Counted from the first letter of the stretch, positions 21,138-30,578 are shown. The stretch: DNA of 64,000 bases from an uncultured Clostridium sp. (GCA_958422985.1 CATZPY010000001.1:780-64779); one strand, 5' to 3'. Made by a program: numbers and translations. Notes: generated by a model not told the origin, from the letters alone.

Positions 21138-21671
21138 GTGGCAAAGAATAGAAAACTAGGAAAAACAACTGCACAAAGAAAAGCATTGCTAAGAACACAA
21201 GTAACTGATTTATTAGTAAATGAGAAAATAAATACAACTCTTGCTAGAGCTAAAGAAACTCAAGCTATAGTAAATAGTTTAATAGCTTTAGCTATAAAAG
21301 AAAAAGATAACTTCGAAATGGAAGAAAAGAAAATAGTAAGAGCTAAAAGAGATACTAATGGAAATAAAGTTACAGAACTAGTAAAAAGCAAAAACGGAAA
21401 AGAATATTTAAGAGTTGTTAAAGAAGAAGTAACAGAAAAAAGACAAAAAGATATGCCTTCAAGATTAAATGCTAGAAGAAAAATAATGAACACAGTTTGC
21501 AAAGTTAAAGATGCAGATGGAAGAAATATAGATATTCCGGCAAAATTATTTGGAGAACTAGCTGAAAGATTTTCTACAGCTGGAAAAGTTGGAGGATATA
21601 CAAGAATAATTAAAGTAGGACCTCGTAGAGGTGATGCTGCAGAAATGGCAATATTAGAATTATTAAAATAG
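21138..21671 (+). CDS. rplQ: 50S ribosomal protein L17 with an internal insertion of about 54 aa
   Basis: RKLGKTTAQRKALLR and GGYTRIIKVGPRRGDAAEMAILE motifs. GTG at 21138 is better spaced from AGAAAGG than the track start at 21129. Confidence 0.9.
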   Translation: MAKNRKLGKTTAQRKALLRTQVTDLLVNEKINTTLARAKETQAIVNSLIALAIKEKDNFEMEEKKIVRAKRDTNGNKVTELVKSKNGKEYLRVVKEEVTEKRQKDMPSRLNARRKIMNTVCKVKDADGRNIDIPAKLFGELAERFSTAGKVGGYTRIIKVGPRRGDAAEMAILELLK

Positions 21672-21681
21672 TTTAATATAA

Positions 21682-21731
21682 ATACACTTAAAATATTAAA
21701 AGATAATTTAATATTTTAAGTGTATTTTTTA
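21682..21731 (+). terminator. Intrinsic terminator ending the ribosomal superoperon
   Basis: 16-bp stem atacacttaaaatatt/aatattttaagtgtat plus a T-run. Confidence 0.8.
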
Positions 21732-21745
21732 TTTAAAAAATACAA

Positions 21746-21776
21746 CCAGGATTTTAAGAACAGTTCCCAAAGTCCG
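21746..21776 (+). repeat. R2 dispersed repeat, copy 1
   Basis: ccaGGATTTTAAGAACAGTTCCcaaagtccg. Shares its core with copies at 23445, 28979, 53943 (reverse complement) and 60331 (reverse complement). Confidence 0.6.
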
Positions 21777-21838
21777 ATTTTATTTTTTTGGGTTTAATTT
21801 AATAAAAAAAGAGAATAATTTATATATAGGAGATATAT

Positions 21839-22654
21839 ATGAATTTATTTTTGGAGATTATAAAATTAATAGTAGAGTTATTAATTATAATATTGGTTAG
21901 TAAAAACTTACTAGTTCCAATAATAAGAAAATTAGGAAAGAACTTAAAATTAAAACCACATACTATAGGAAATATCGCTGGAATAGCAACAAGCATTCCA
22001 GAGTTTTTAACAGTTACTTTTTCTGCAGTTAATGGAATGTTAGATACGGGAATATTTAATATACTTAGCTCGAATATAAGTAATACTATTCAGTATACTA
22101 TTTCTATACTTTTAAATAGAAATGTGAATTTATTAAAAAATCGACTTATAAAAATAAACATGATATTAGTACTATTAACTATAATAATACCAATAATAGT
22201 TTGGAAGTTGCAGATAGTGGATAATATAATACTAGTTCCAATATTTATAATATTGTTTTACATTTTTAATAAAATAAATATAATAAGTCATAAAGGAATA
22301 GAAAATGAAAAAGAAATAGAAGAAAAACAATTTAAAAATAAAAAAATATATGTATATGTTATATATATTCTTTTAATTGGTATTATATTGTATTTGGCAG
22401 GTAATCTATTAAGTAGTACATTACGAAATTTATGTTATATATTTAATATTTCCGAAGTAGTAATAGGAGTGGCACTTGGAGTAGCTACTAGTACACCAGA
22501 ATTTATTACTTTTATAGAAAGCCAAAGATTTCATAAAAATGCTAATAAAGAATTAGGAATAATAGAAGCAAGTAATAATTTGTTAGTTTCTAATACATTA
22601 AATTTATTTATAATTCAATCACTTTCTATAGTAATAATATATTTTTTGGAATAA
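21839..22654 (+). CDS. Short CaCA-family (Na+/Ca2+ exchanger-like) membrane protein
   Basis: Two alpha-repeat-like motifs, GNIAGIATSIPEFLT and GVALGVATSTPEFITF, in a polytopic 271-aa protein. Confidence 0.7.
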   Translation: MNLFLEIIKLIVELLIIILVSKNLLVPIIRKLGKNLKLKPHTIGNIAGIATSIPEFLTVTFSAVNGMLDTGIFNILSSNISNTIQYTISILLNRNVNLLKNRLIKINMILVLLTIIIPIIVWKLQIVDNIILVPIFIILFYIFNKINIISHKGIENEKEIEEKQFKNKKIYVYVIYILLIGIILYLAGNLLSSTLRNLCYIFNISEVVIGVALGVATSTPEFITFIESQRFHKNANKELGIIEASNNLLVSNTLNLFIIQSLSIVIIYFLE

Positions 22655-22704
22655 TTTAATAAATTTAGAATATACTTACTATAAGAATGATAGAGGTGAT
22701 AGAG

Positions 22705-22992
22705 ATGATTTATGAAGCATATGTAAAAGAAAGTAAAATTATTGATAAAACAGATGAAGAAAAAAGCTTAGACTTAGTAAAATCTTTAATTAAAACAAAA
22801 TACGAACTAGATTCAGCTTGCAAAAATTTTGAATTTGCAGAGGGAGAACTTGTGGATTATTATTCATACCAAATAAAAGCAAATCAAGCTAAAATTAATT
22901 ATTTATTAAAGAAAATAAAAAGGAGAGGTTTAATAATAGATAATATTCAGGAAAAGAGTATTAAAAATTTAACCAAGCAAGAAGCAATATAA
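22705..22992 (+). CDS. YaaL-like DUF2508 protein
   Basis: Small helical protein directly upstream of bofA, matching Bacillus yaaL-bofA synteny. ATG at 22705 after GAGGTGA. Confidence 0.6.
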   Translation: MIYEAYVKESKIIDKTDEEKSLDLVKSLIKTKYELDSACKNFEFAEGELVDYYSYQIKANQAKINYLLKKIKRRGLIIDNIQEKSIKNLTKQEAI

Positions 22993-23040
22993 TGTATATT
23001 TGTCCATATATAATCATAAATATTATTAGGAGTGATGTAT

Positions 23041-23304
23041 ATGGACTATAATAATATGCTGGTTTTATCTGCAACAATATGTTTTGCTTTTCTATTTGGA
23101 AGAATATTTGTAAGGCCAATTAAATTTATATTTAAAATAGTTTTAAATTCGATTTTAGGATGTTTGTTAATAACATTAATAAATTATATAGGATTAAATT
23201 TTAGTTTTCATATAGGAATCAATATTTGGACTTCAGCTTTAGTTGGAATTTTAGGAATACCTGGCGCAGTTTTGCTTATAATATTAAAAATATTTATAAT
23301 TTAG
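23041..23304 (+). CDS. bofA: Pro-sigma-K processing inhibitor BofA
   Basis: About 87 aa with two TM segments and the C-terminal GILGIPGAVLLIILK motif typical of BofA. Confidence 0.75.
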   Translation: MDYNNMLVLSATICFAFLFGRIFVRPIKFIFKIVLNSILGCLLITLINYIGLNFSFHIGINIWTSALVGILGIPGAVLLIILKIFII

Positions 23305-23318
23305 GACATGAATTTTTT

Positions 23319-23394
23319 ATAAAAAAGCGAACCTAAGATTTTCTAACAAATGTAAATTCTAAGAAAATCTTAGGTTCACTATAATTCTCTAGTA
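23319..23394 (-). repeat. R1 terminator-like dispersed repeat, copy A (inverted relative to B and C)
   Basis: The reverse complement aligns over about 75 nt with 34826-34902 and 60192-60260. 16-bp stem gaacctaagattttct/agaaaatcttaggttc around a conserved loop. Confidence 0.85.
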
Positions 23395-23440
23395 TAGAGA
23401 GTTCTCCTAGTAGGAGAACTTTGCTACTATATAAAAAAGA

Positions 23441-23480
23441 AAACCGGGATTTTAAGGAACGTTCTTAAATCCCGGTTTTG
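23441..23480 (-). terminator. glmS terminator, which is also R2 repeat copy 2
   Basis: aaaaccgggattttaag / cttaaatcccggtttt hairpin flanked by A and T runs, immediately 3' of the glmS stop. Confidence 0.8.
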
Positions 23481-23481
23481 T

Positions 23482-25305
23482 TTATTCAACTGTCACAGAT
23501 TTAGCTAAGTTTCTAGGTTTATCTACATCTAATCCTTTTTCTTTAGAAATATAGTAAGAAAGTAATTGTAATGGTATTATAGACAAGATAGGAGAAAGGC
23601 AAGTAGATGTTTCTGGGATGTTAATTACTTTAAAAAATTGAGATTCGTCAATTTTTTGATTAGTAATTACTAACGTTTTTGCTCCTCTTGTAATTACTTC
23701 TTGCATATTGCTAATAGTTTTTGGGGCTAGATTAGGATTTGTAATAATTCCTATTACTGTAACATTATTTTCTATTAAAGCTATAGGACCATGTTTTAAT
23801 TCGCCTGCTGCATAGCTTTCAGAATGAATATATGAAATTTCTTTTAATTTTAAAGATCCTTCTGAAGCTACATAATAATCTAATCCTCTACCTAAAAAGA
23901 ACATATCAGTTTCTTTATAAACTGTGTTTGCAAAATCCTTAACTTCAGCTACATTTTTTAAAGCTAATTCTGCTTTTTTTGGTAATTCTAAAAGTTCTTT
24001 TTTTATAGCATCAATTTCAGAAAGAGGAACTCTATCTAAAACTTCAGCAAAATATAATGCTAATATATTTAATAGCACAACTTGTGATGTATAAGCTTTT
24101 GTAGAAGCAACTGCAATTTCTGGACCAGCATGGGTATAAATACAATAATCTGATTCACGAGTAATAGAACTTCCAATAACATTTGCTACAGCGATAGTTT
24201 TCGCACCTTTATCTTTAGATAATTTTAATGCAGCAATAGTATCTGCTGTTTCACCAGATTGGCTTATAAAAATACATAGAGTATTTTTATCTATTAAAGG
24301 ATCTCTATACCTAAATTCTGAAGCAATATCAACCTCGGTAGGTATTTTGCATAATTTTTCAAAAGTAGCTTTTGTAGCAAGACCAGCATTCATTGCTGTA
24401 CCACATGCAACTATGTAAATTCTATTTATAGTTTCTAAAAAATCTTTTGAAACTTCGAAATCATTAAAAGAAATCTTATTTTCAGATAATTTTGACCCAA
24501 TTGTTTCTCTTATAGAATTTGGTTGTTCATAAATTTCTTTTAGCATAAAATCATCATAGCCATCTTTTTCAGCAGAAGCAGTATTCCATTCTATACTTTT
24601 AATTGGCTTTTCAATTTTGTTTAATTTATTATCATAAAAAACAATATTATTTCTAGATAATACTGCAAATTCACGATCATTTAAAAAATAAAAATCTTTT
24701 GTAAATGATAAAATAGCAGGGATATCTGAAGATATATAATTTTCATCTAAACCTTTACCTATAACTAAAGGACTATCCTGTCTTACAACAATCATATTGT
24801 CTGGATAAAATTTACATAATATTTCTAATGCAAAACTACCTTTTAAATCATCACAAGCAACTTTTACAGCTTTTAAGAAATCTTTTTCTTTTTTGTAATA
24901 AAAGTTAATTAAGTTAGGAATAACTTCTGTATCTGTGTCTGAAAAGAAAGTATAGTCATTTTCCTCTAAAAATTTTCTTAATTCATGATAATTTTCTATT
25001 ATTCCATTATGTACAACTGCAAAAATATTATCATTATCATAGTGAGGATGAGAATTAGTTGCAGATGGTTTTCCATGGGTAGCCCATCTAGTATGACCTA
25101 TACCAATTGTTCCTTCTAAATTATTAATTCCATCCATTGCTTCTAAATTTGCAATTCTACCTTTTTCTTTCATAATTTTTATGCCATTATTTTCAATAGT
25201 GGCAATACCTGCAGAGTCATAACCTCTGTATTCTAGTCTAAGTAAACCATTAATTAAAATTGGTTTAGCCTTTTGGGTTCCTATATAACCAATAATTCCA
25301 CACAT
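23482..25305 (-). CDS. glmS: Glutamine--fructose-6-phosphate aminotransferase
   Basis: MCGIIGY N-terminal nucleophile, two SIS domains, and a C-terminal KSVTVE. Confidence 0.97.
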   Translation of the reverse strand: MCGIIGYIGTQKAKPILINGLLRLEYRGYDSAGIATIENNGIKIMKEKGRIANLEAMDGINNLEGTIGIGHTRWATHGKPSATNSHPHYDNDNIFAVVHNGIIENYHELRKFLEENDYTFFSDTDTEVIPNLINFYYKKEKDFLKAVKVACDDLKGSFALEILCKFYPDNMIVVRQDSPLVIGKGLDENYISSDIPAILSFTKDFYFLNDREFAVLSRNNIVFYDNKLNKIEKPIKSIEWNTASAEKDGYDDFMLKEIYEQPNSIRETIGSKLSENKISFNDFEVSKDFLETINRIYIVACGTAMNAGLATKATFEKLCKIPTEVDIASEFRYRDPLIDKNTLCIFISQSGETADTIAALKLSKDKGAKTIAVANVIGSSITRESDYCIYTHAGPEIAVASTKAYTSQVVLLNILALYFAEVLDRVPLSEIDAIKKELLELPKKAELALKNVAEVKDFANTVYKETDMFFLGRGLDYYVASEGSLKLKEISYIHSESYAAGELKHGPIALIENNVTVIGIITNPNLAPKTISNMQEVITRGAKTLVITNQKIDESQFFKVINIPETSTCLSPILSIIPLQLLSYYISKEKGLDVDKPRNLAKSVTVE

Positions 25306-25329
25306 AATATATTGTACCTCCTATAAAAT

Positions 25330-25486
25330 TTGTCAAAAAGTAACAATATAGCTACACAATTAGATTTGTTCTACTATTACTAGTAGTCTTTGCTAATATT
25401 TATGGTAGTAGCATACCACAGAGTACCCGCCGAAAAATTCGATAACCTCTGACCTCGTCAACACAAAATGTGTCCTGGCGCTTTTT
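25330..25486 (-). ncRNA. glmS: glmS ribozyme (GlcN6P-dependent self-cleaving riboswitch)
   Basis: The minus strand reads AGCGCCAGGAC...UUGACGAGGUCAGAGGUUAUCGAAUUUUUCGGCGGGUACUCUG, matching the conserved core. It sits directly 5' of glmS. Confidence 0.9.
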
Positions 25487-25702
25487 TTATGTCATTTATA
25501 TAATATAAAATTGCCTCCTTCCATTTTAATTTATCTTGTAAACTTTTTGACTCACGATATTATATTACAATAAAATCAAGAAAGTATCAAGTCCTTAATA
25601 AAAATACTTTTCGCCTAAAAAGACTAATTAACTTAAAGGGCATATGAATTTTACTGAAAATATGTTATAATAAATCAACTAAAAACTTAGGAGGTTAAAA
25701 AG

Positions 25703-26170
25703 ATGAAGAAGACTAATGTATTCTTAAAAAAGATAGGGCGGAGGTATTGGTTAATTTCTAGAAATGGAATTGTAAGCTTTATTGGGAGAGTAGAGCTTTC
25801 GGAAGGATACAGTATAATCATTTCCGACAAAAAAGTACCAGGTTATAGCATTAAAATTTTAGAAGTAAATAAAAATAAATACAAAATTTTAATGGAGTTA
25901 TTAACAGTATTTCTTAGAAATGTTGAAAAATATCAATATGAAGGGAAATATATTGTATCTGCTAACTTAGATATGGACGATTATAATATAGAAATAAACT
26001 GTTCATGGGCAACTGGAAATCCAAAAGAAAAAGGAGCGAAGTTTAGAATAGAAATTGACTACTGTAACCCAAAAAACGTTTACAATTTAATATGCCATTA
26101 TATTGAGCTTGCAAAGAGAAGTCCAGAAACAGACGAAATTATGACTTATGATATAGACATGATGGGTTAA
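25703..26170 (+). CDS. Hypothetical protein (no recognisable motif)
   Basis: 155-aa ORF with RBS AGGAGG 8 nt upstream. Confidence 0.6.
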   Translation: MKKTNVFLKKIGRRYWLISRNGIVSFIGRVELSEGYSIIISDKKVPGYSIKILEVNKNKYKILMELLTVFLRNVEKYQYEGKYIVSANLDMDDYNIEINCSWATGNPKEKGAKFRIEIDYCNPKNVYNLICHYIELAKRSPETDEIMTYDIDMMG

Positions 26171-26285
26171 ATTACAAGATTATATTTCACTTAAACTAAA
26201 AGCTACAATAGATGGGGGCTTAAACTGGAAGTGGGGAAGGATTGCTATTCTTCCCCATAGTAAAATTTATAAGTGAGGGATAATA

Positions 26286-28082
26286 ATGCAAAATAAATTT
26301 AATATAGAAGAAGAAATAAAAAATTTACCACCTAAACCAGGTGTTTATATAATGCATGATAAAAACAATAATGTTATATATGTAGGAAAAGCAATTTCTT
26401 TAAAAAAGAGAGTAACCTCATATTTTAGAAAAACAAATAAAACTGAACGAATAAAGAAGATGGTGTCATTAGTAGATTATTTTGAATATATAGTTGTAAA
26501 TAATGAAGCAGAGGCACTCATTTTGGAATGTAATTTAATAAAGAAATACAGACCGAAATTTAACGTATTATTAAAAGATGATAAAACATACCCATATATC
26601 AAAATAGATGTAAAATCTGATTTTCCCAATGTTATTATAACAAGGAGATTGCTAAATGATGGGTCAAAGTATTTTGGACCATATGCCAATCCAGGAGCTG
26701 CTAAGGAAATGGTTGATTTTATAAAAAACAAATATAAAATTAGACAATGCAGGAGCTTTAAATCTACACAAAGACCATGTTTAAACTATCATATAAAAAA
26801 ATGCTTTGCACCATGTGTGGGATATATTTCTAAGGAAGAATATAAGAAGCAAATAGATGAAATAATAGATTTATTAGATGGTAAAACGAGTAAAGTACTT
26901 AAAGAATTAGAAATGCAAATTAAAGAGTCTGCAAGTAAGTTAGAATTTGAAAAGGCTGCATATTTAAGAGATAAAATGGTAGCAATAGAAAGAATTTCTG
27001 AAAAACAAAGAGTATCAAATATTTCTGAAAATAATATAGATGTTATTGGTATTGCAAAAAATGATTTAGAAGTTTGTATAGAAATATTTTTTGTAAGAGG
27101 AAGTAAAATGGTTGGAAGAGAATATTACTTTTTCCAAGACTTAATAGATATGTCAGATAATGAAATTTTGTCAGGATTTATTAAACAATATTATATGGAC
27201 AATCCAAATTTACCTAACAAGATTATGATGAGAAATGAACCAGAAGATAAAGAAACAATCGAAACATGGCTTTCTAATATTGCAAATAGAAAAGTAGAAA
27301 TAAAAACACCACAAAAAGGAGAAAAACTGCGTTTTGTCGAAATGGCTGAAAATAATGCAGAGATTACATTAAAAAATAAATTTGAGGATAAAAATAGTTT
27401 ATTACTAGAACTAAAAGATGTATTAAAAATGGATAAAATGCCAAGAAAAATAGAATGCTACGATATATCTAATATATCTGGAACAAATATTGTAGCTGGA
27501 ATGTGTGTAATGCAAAATGGCATAATTAAAAAGAATTTATCTAGAAGGTTTAAAATAAAAACGGTTTATGGTCAAGATGACCCAAGGTGTATGGAAGAAG
27601 TAATAGAAAGAAGACTTAAACATTCATTAAATGGTAATAGTACAGGTTTTGGTAACTTACCAGATGTAATATTTGTAGATGGTGGAATTACACAAATAAG
27701 AGCAGCAAAAAGAGTAATAAATAAGTTAAATGTAGATATAAAAATTTTTGGAATGGTAAAAAACGATAAACATAGAACTAGAGCATTAATGGATGAAAAT
27801 AGAAACGAAATAGAAATTTCGGAAGAATTATTAAATTTAATTACAAAATTTCAAGATACAGTTCATGATACTGCAATTTCATATCATAAAAAGTTACGTG
27901 AAAAAGAAATGACAGAATCTGCATTAGATAAGATTTCTGGAATAGGAGAGGCAAAAAGAAACTTATTATTAAAAAGATTTAAAACAGTTAGTAACATAAA
28001 AAAAGCATCAGAAGAAGAAATAATGACAGTTAAAGGCATAAACAAAGAATTAGCAATAAAAATAAAGCAGGAATTGCAATAA
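26286..28082 (+). CDS. uvrC: Excinuclease ABC subunit C
   Basis: GIY-YIG N-terminus (PGVYIMHDKNNNVIYVGKA), a UVR domain, an Endo-V-like domain and a C-terminal HhH. Confidence 0.96.
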   Translation: MQNKFNIEEEIKNLPPKPGVYIMHDKNNNVIYVGKAISLKKRVTSYFRKTNKTERIKKMVSLVDYFEYIVVNNEAEALILECNLIKKYRPKFNVLLKDDKTYPYIKIDVKSDFPNVIITRRLLNDGSKYFGPYANPGAAKEMVDFIKNKYKIRQCRSFKSTQRPCLNYHIKKCFAPCVGYISKEEYKKQIDEIIDLLDGKTSKVLKELEMQIKESASKLEFEKAAYLRDKMVAIERISEKQRVSNISENNIDVIGIAKNDLEVCIEIFFVRGSKMVGREYYFFQDLIDMSDNEILSGFIKQYYMDNPNLPNKIMMRNEPEDKETIETWLSNIANRKVEIKTPQKGEKLRFVEMAENNAEITLKNKFEDKNSLLLELKDVLKMDKMPRKIECYDISNISGTNIVAGMCVMQNGIIKKNLSRRFKIKTVYGQDDPRCMEEVIERRLKHSLNGNSTGFGNLPDVIFVDGGITQIRAAKRVINKLNVDIKIFGMVKNDKHRTRALMDENRNEIEISEELLNLITKFQDTVHDTAISYHKKLREKEMTESALDKISGIGEAKRNLLLKRFKTVSNIKKASEEEIMTVKGINKELAIKIKQELQ

Positions 28083-28159
28083 ATATGAGCTAAACATAGC
28101 AAATTTACGTAAAACATGTTATAATAGGAAAGATTAAAATGTTGAAAGGAGAAAAAATA

Positions 28160-28891
28160 ATGAAAGAGCGGTTAGGATTTTTTGAGGGAGGCAATCTTAT
28201 AATGAGGTCACCATGGTATGGAATAATAACAAAGGTGACGAAAGCTGAAGATGGAGCACTTGTTGCAGAACAGATATCTTATAAAGAATATCAAGATATA
28301 GCAGAACAGGTAGAAGGGAAAAAAGATACTAAAAGGAAAATATTAATAATATTTGGAATGATTATATTTTATTTTCTAATGATAAATATCTTTTACAAAA
28401 TAACAAAAGATATAAAAGTGATTGGAGCAATATTTATTTTTGTTATTTTAGGGAGCTATCCACTATTTGATATTCTAAATGACTTTACTTACGCTACTAT
28501 TAATAAAGAAAAAATGCAATATGCATATTTATTCAAAAAGCTAGAAGAATGTTATATTCAGAGAATAGAAATAAATGAGGAAAACCTAAAAAAACAAGGT
28601 GTAGTACAAGGAACATTTAGTATAGGCACAATAGTTTTTGCAATAGTAATGTCTATAGTTTGTATCTTAGTAAAAGATTTAAATCCAATTATACAATTAA
28701 TTATACCTATAATAACTGGATTTATAGTTGGAAGAATATTTGAAAATCCAAAAGTAAAAAAGATACTAATAAAGTTAAAAGCTTTCCTAGTGTATAGAAA
28801 GCCGACAGAAGAGCAAATTGACACTTTTTTGTTTGCGCACCAATATCTAAACCAGGAAGAAGAAAACGTAAGAAGAAACTATGAATTCTAA
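28160..28891 (+). CDS. Hypothetical polytopic membrane protein
   Basis: ATG at 28160 after AAAGGAGAAAA. About 4 hydrophobic segments. Confidence 0.6.
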   Translation: MKERLGFFEGGNLIMRSPWYGIITKVTKAEDGALVAEQISYKEYQDIAEQVEGKKDTKRKILIIFGMIIFYFLMINIFYKITKDIKVIGAIFIFVILGSYPLFDILNDFTYATINKEKMQYAYLFKKLEECYIQRIEINEENLKKQGVVQGTFSIGTIVFAIVMSIVCILVKDLNPIIQLIIPIITGFIVGRIFENPKVKKILIKLKAFLVYRKPTEEQIDTFLFAHQYLNQEEENVRRNYEF

Positions 28892-28926
28892 TTACACATT
28901 ATTTTTTTAAAGTAACAGTAAGAAAC

Positions 28927-28966
28927 CAAAAACAGCCATAAACTACATTAGTTAAGGCTGTTTTTT
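28927..28966 (+). terminator. Intrinsic terminator
   Basis: aaaaacagcc/ggctgtttttt stem with a 19-nt loop and a T-run. Confidence 0.6.
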
Positions 28967-28978
28967 GCTTTAATATAA

Positions 28979-29011
28979 TCGGAATTTTAAGGATCGTCTC
29001 CAACTCACCGG
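28979..29011 (+). repeat. R2 dispersed repeat, copy 3
   Basis: tcGGAATTTTAAGGATCGTCTCCaactcaccgg, abutting the 3' end of deoD. Confidence 0.55.
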
Positions 29012-29013
29012 CT

Positions 29014-29733
29014 TTATAATAAAATTCCAGATTCTAAGGCTAATTTTATCATTTTTGTTAAGCCTTGTTCACGTTCATCTGGAGTAGCTTGTTTGTTTAT
29101 GAATTGTGAATCTACAACTGTCATTAAGCAAGCAGCTTTTTTCTTTAATACTTTTGCATTATAAAATAATGCGAATGCTTCCATTTCCGCTGCAATAGGA
29201 TGTATGTCTTTTGGAATTCTATTAAAGAATTTTTTTGGATTTGTCATGTAAAAATCAACTGCATCTGTACAAACTGTGTTTCCTTCTACTATTTTTATAT
29301 TAGAAATATTTGAAACTTGTTTTATTACAGAATTAAGATTTTTGTCAGCAGAGATTGTATGACAATCTTCATTATTAAATGTAAGAGCATAGTTTCCTTC
29401 TGTATAAACATTGTCTGCTAAAACTACATCAAATAAATCTAATTCTTTAATATAGCCTCCGCAAGATCCTATTCTTATAATATTTTCTACATTGTAAAAT
29501 TTATATAATTCATATGAATAAATTCCAACACTTGGCATTCCCATACCATGTGCCATAACTGAAATTTCTTTACCCTTATATAAACCTGTATATGCAAGCA
29601 TATTTCTTACAGAATTAACTAATTTTGCATCTTCTAAAAAATTTTCTGCTATATATTTAGCACGAAGTGGATCTCCTGGCATAATAACTGTTTTTGCGAA
29701 AGCATTTGATTTTGCTTCATTATGTGGTGTCAT
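29014..29733 (-). CDS. deoD: Purine nucleoside phosphorylase, DeoD type
   Basis: MTPHNEAK...IMPGDPLRAKYIAE...GMGMPSVGIYSYEL. The ATG at 29733 is preceded by AGGAGG. Confidence 0.93.
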   Translation of the reverse strand: MTPHNEAKSNAFAKTVIMPGDPLRAKYIAENFLEDAKLVNSVRNMLAYTGLYKGKEISVMAHGMGMPSVGIYSYELYKFYNVENIIRIGSCGGYIKELDLFDVVLADNVYTEGNYALTFNNEDCHTISADKNLNSVIKQVSNISNIKIVEGNTVCTDAVDFYMTNPKKFFNRIPKDIHPIAAEMEAFALFYNAKVLKKKAACLMTVVDSQFINKQATPDEREQGLTKMIKLALESGILL

Positions 29734-29900
29734 ATTAAACCTCCTAAAAATTATAATTAACAATTATAGTATAACATAATATTAAAAATTTATAATATTG
29801 TGATATACAAATGTAATATAAAATTAATATTGTGGAAATATACAATTTAATGTAAAAAATGTATAATATTTGTAGAAAAAGCGTAAAGGAGAGAAGATTT

Positions 29901-30578
29901 ATGTGGACATGTTTATATTTAAGCCATATTGTAGTAATTATAATGATTATAATAGCTATATTAGGTATTGTGTATGGAATAAGCCAAAAAAAGATTAAAG
30001 TATATCAAGTTATTATAATATTCTTATTTTGTGTGATTTCGATGGCATTGGTTACTGGGGTAACATCAATGCAATATATAAATTCCGAAAATGATGAAAT
30101 ACGAAAATTAGAAGGCAATATAAAAACAAATTATTGGACATACGATGAAGAGGCAATGTCAAGAATTGAGACATCTTCATTAGAATATACGAAATTAGTA
30201 GATTTAGAAACAGGTAATTTGGTAGCTATTAAAGAAAAAGCTGTAGAAACAGGAAAAGAAATAGTAGATTTATCTAATAAAGAAAAAGCAGATGAAGTAT
30301 GTAAAGCAATTGACATTAAAGAAGAGTTAGAACTTTCAGACAATTACTTAGTTACTTTAAATTCTAAAGAATTTATAAAAGCTAACGAAAATATTTACTA
30401 TGTAACATATAATTATACTTATACAGATGAAAATCTAAAAGAAGAAGGAACAATATATTATATTGTAAATGAAGATAACCAAATGAAAACAATGGTTATG
30501 ACAAATATTAATAACGAAAGTAAAGAAGCAGAATTTGAAGAAAGAGTATTAGAAATTATAAATACAATGAAATTCTAA
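29901..30578 (+). CDS. Hypothetical membrane-anchored protein
   Basis: ATG at 29901 after AAGGAGAG. Two N-terminal TM helices, then an acidic soluble domain. Confidence 0.55.
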   Translation: MWTCLYLSHIVVIIMIIIAILGIVYGISQKKIKVYQVIIIFLFCVISMALVTGVTSMQYINSENDEIRKLEGNIKTNYWTYDEEAMSRIETSSLEYTKLVDLETGNLVAIKEKAVETGKEIVDLSNKEKADEVCKAIDIKEELELSDNYLVTLNSKEFIKANENIYYVTYNYTYTDENLKEEGTIYYIVNEDNQMKTMVMTNINNESKEAEFEERVLEIINTMKF

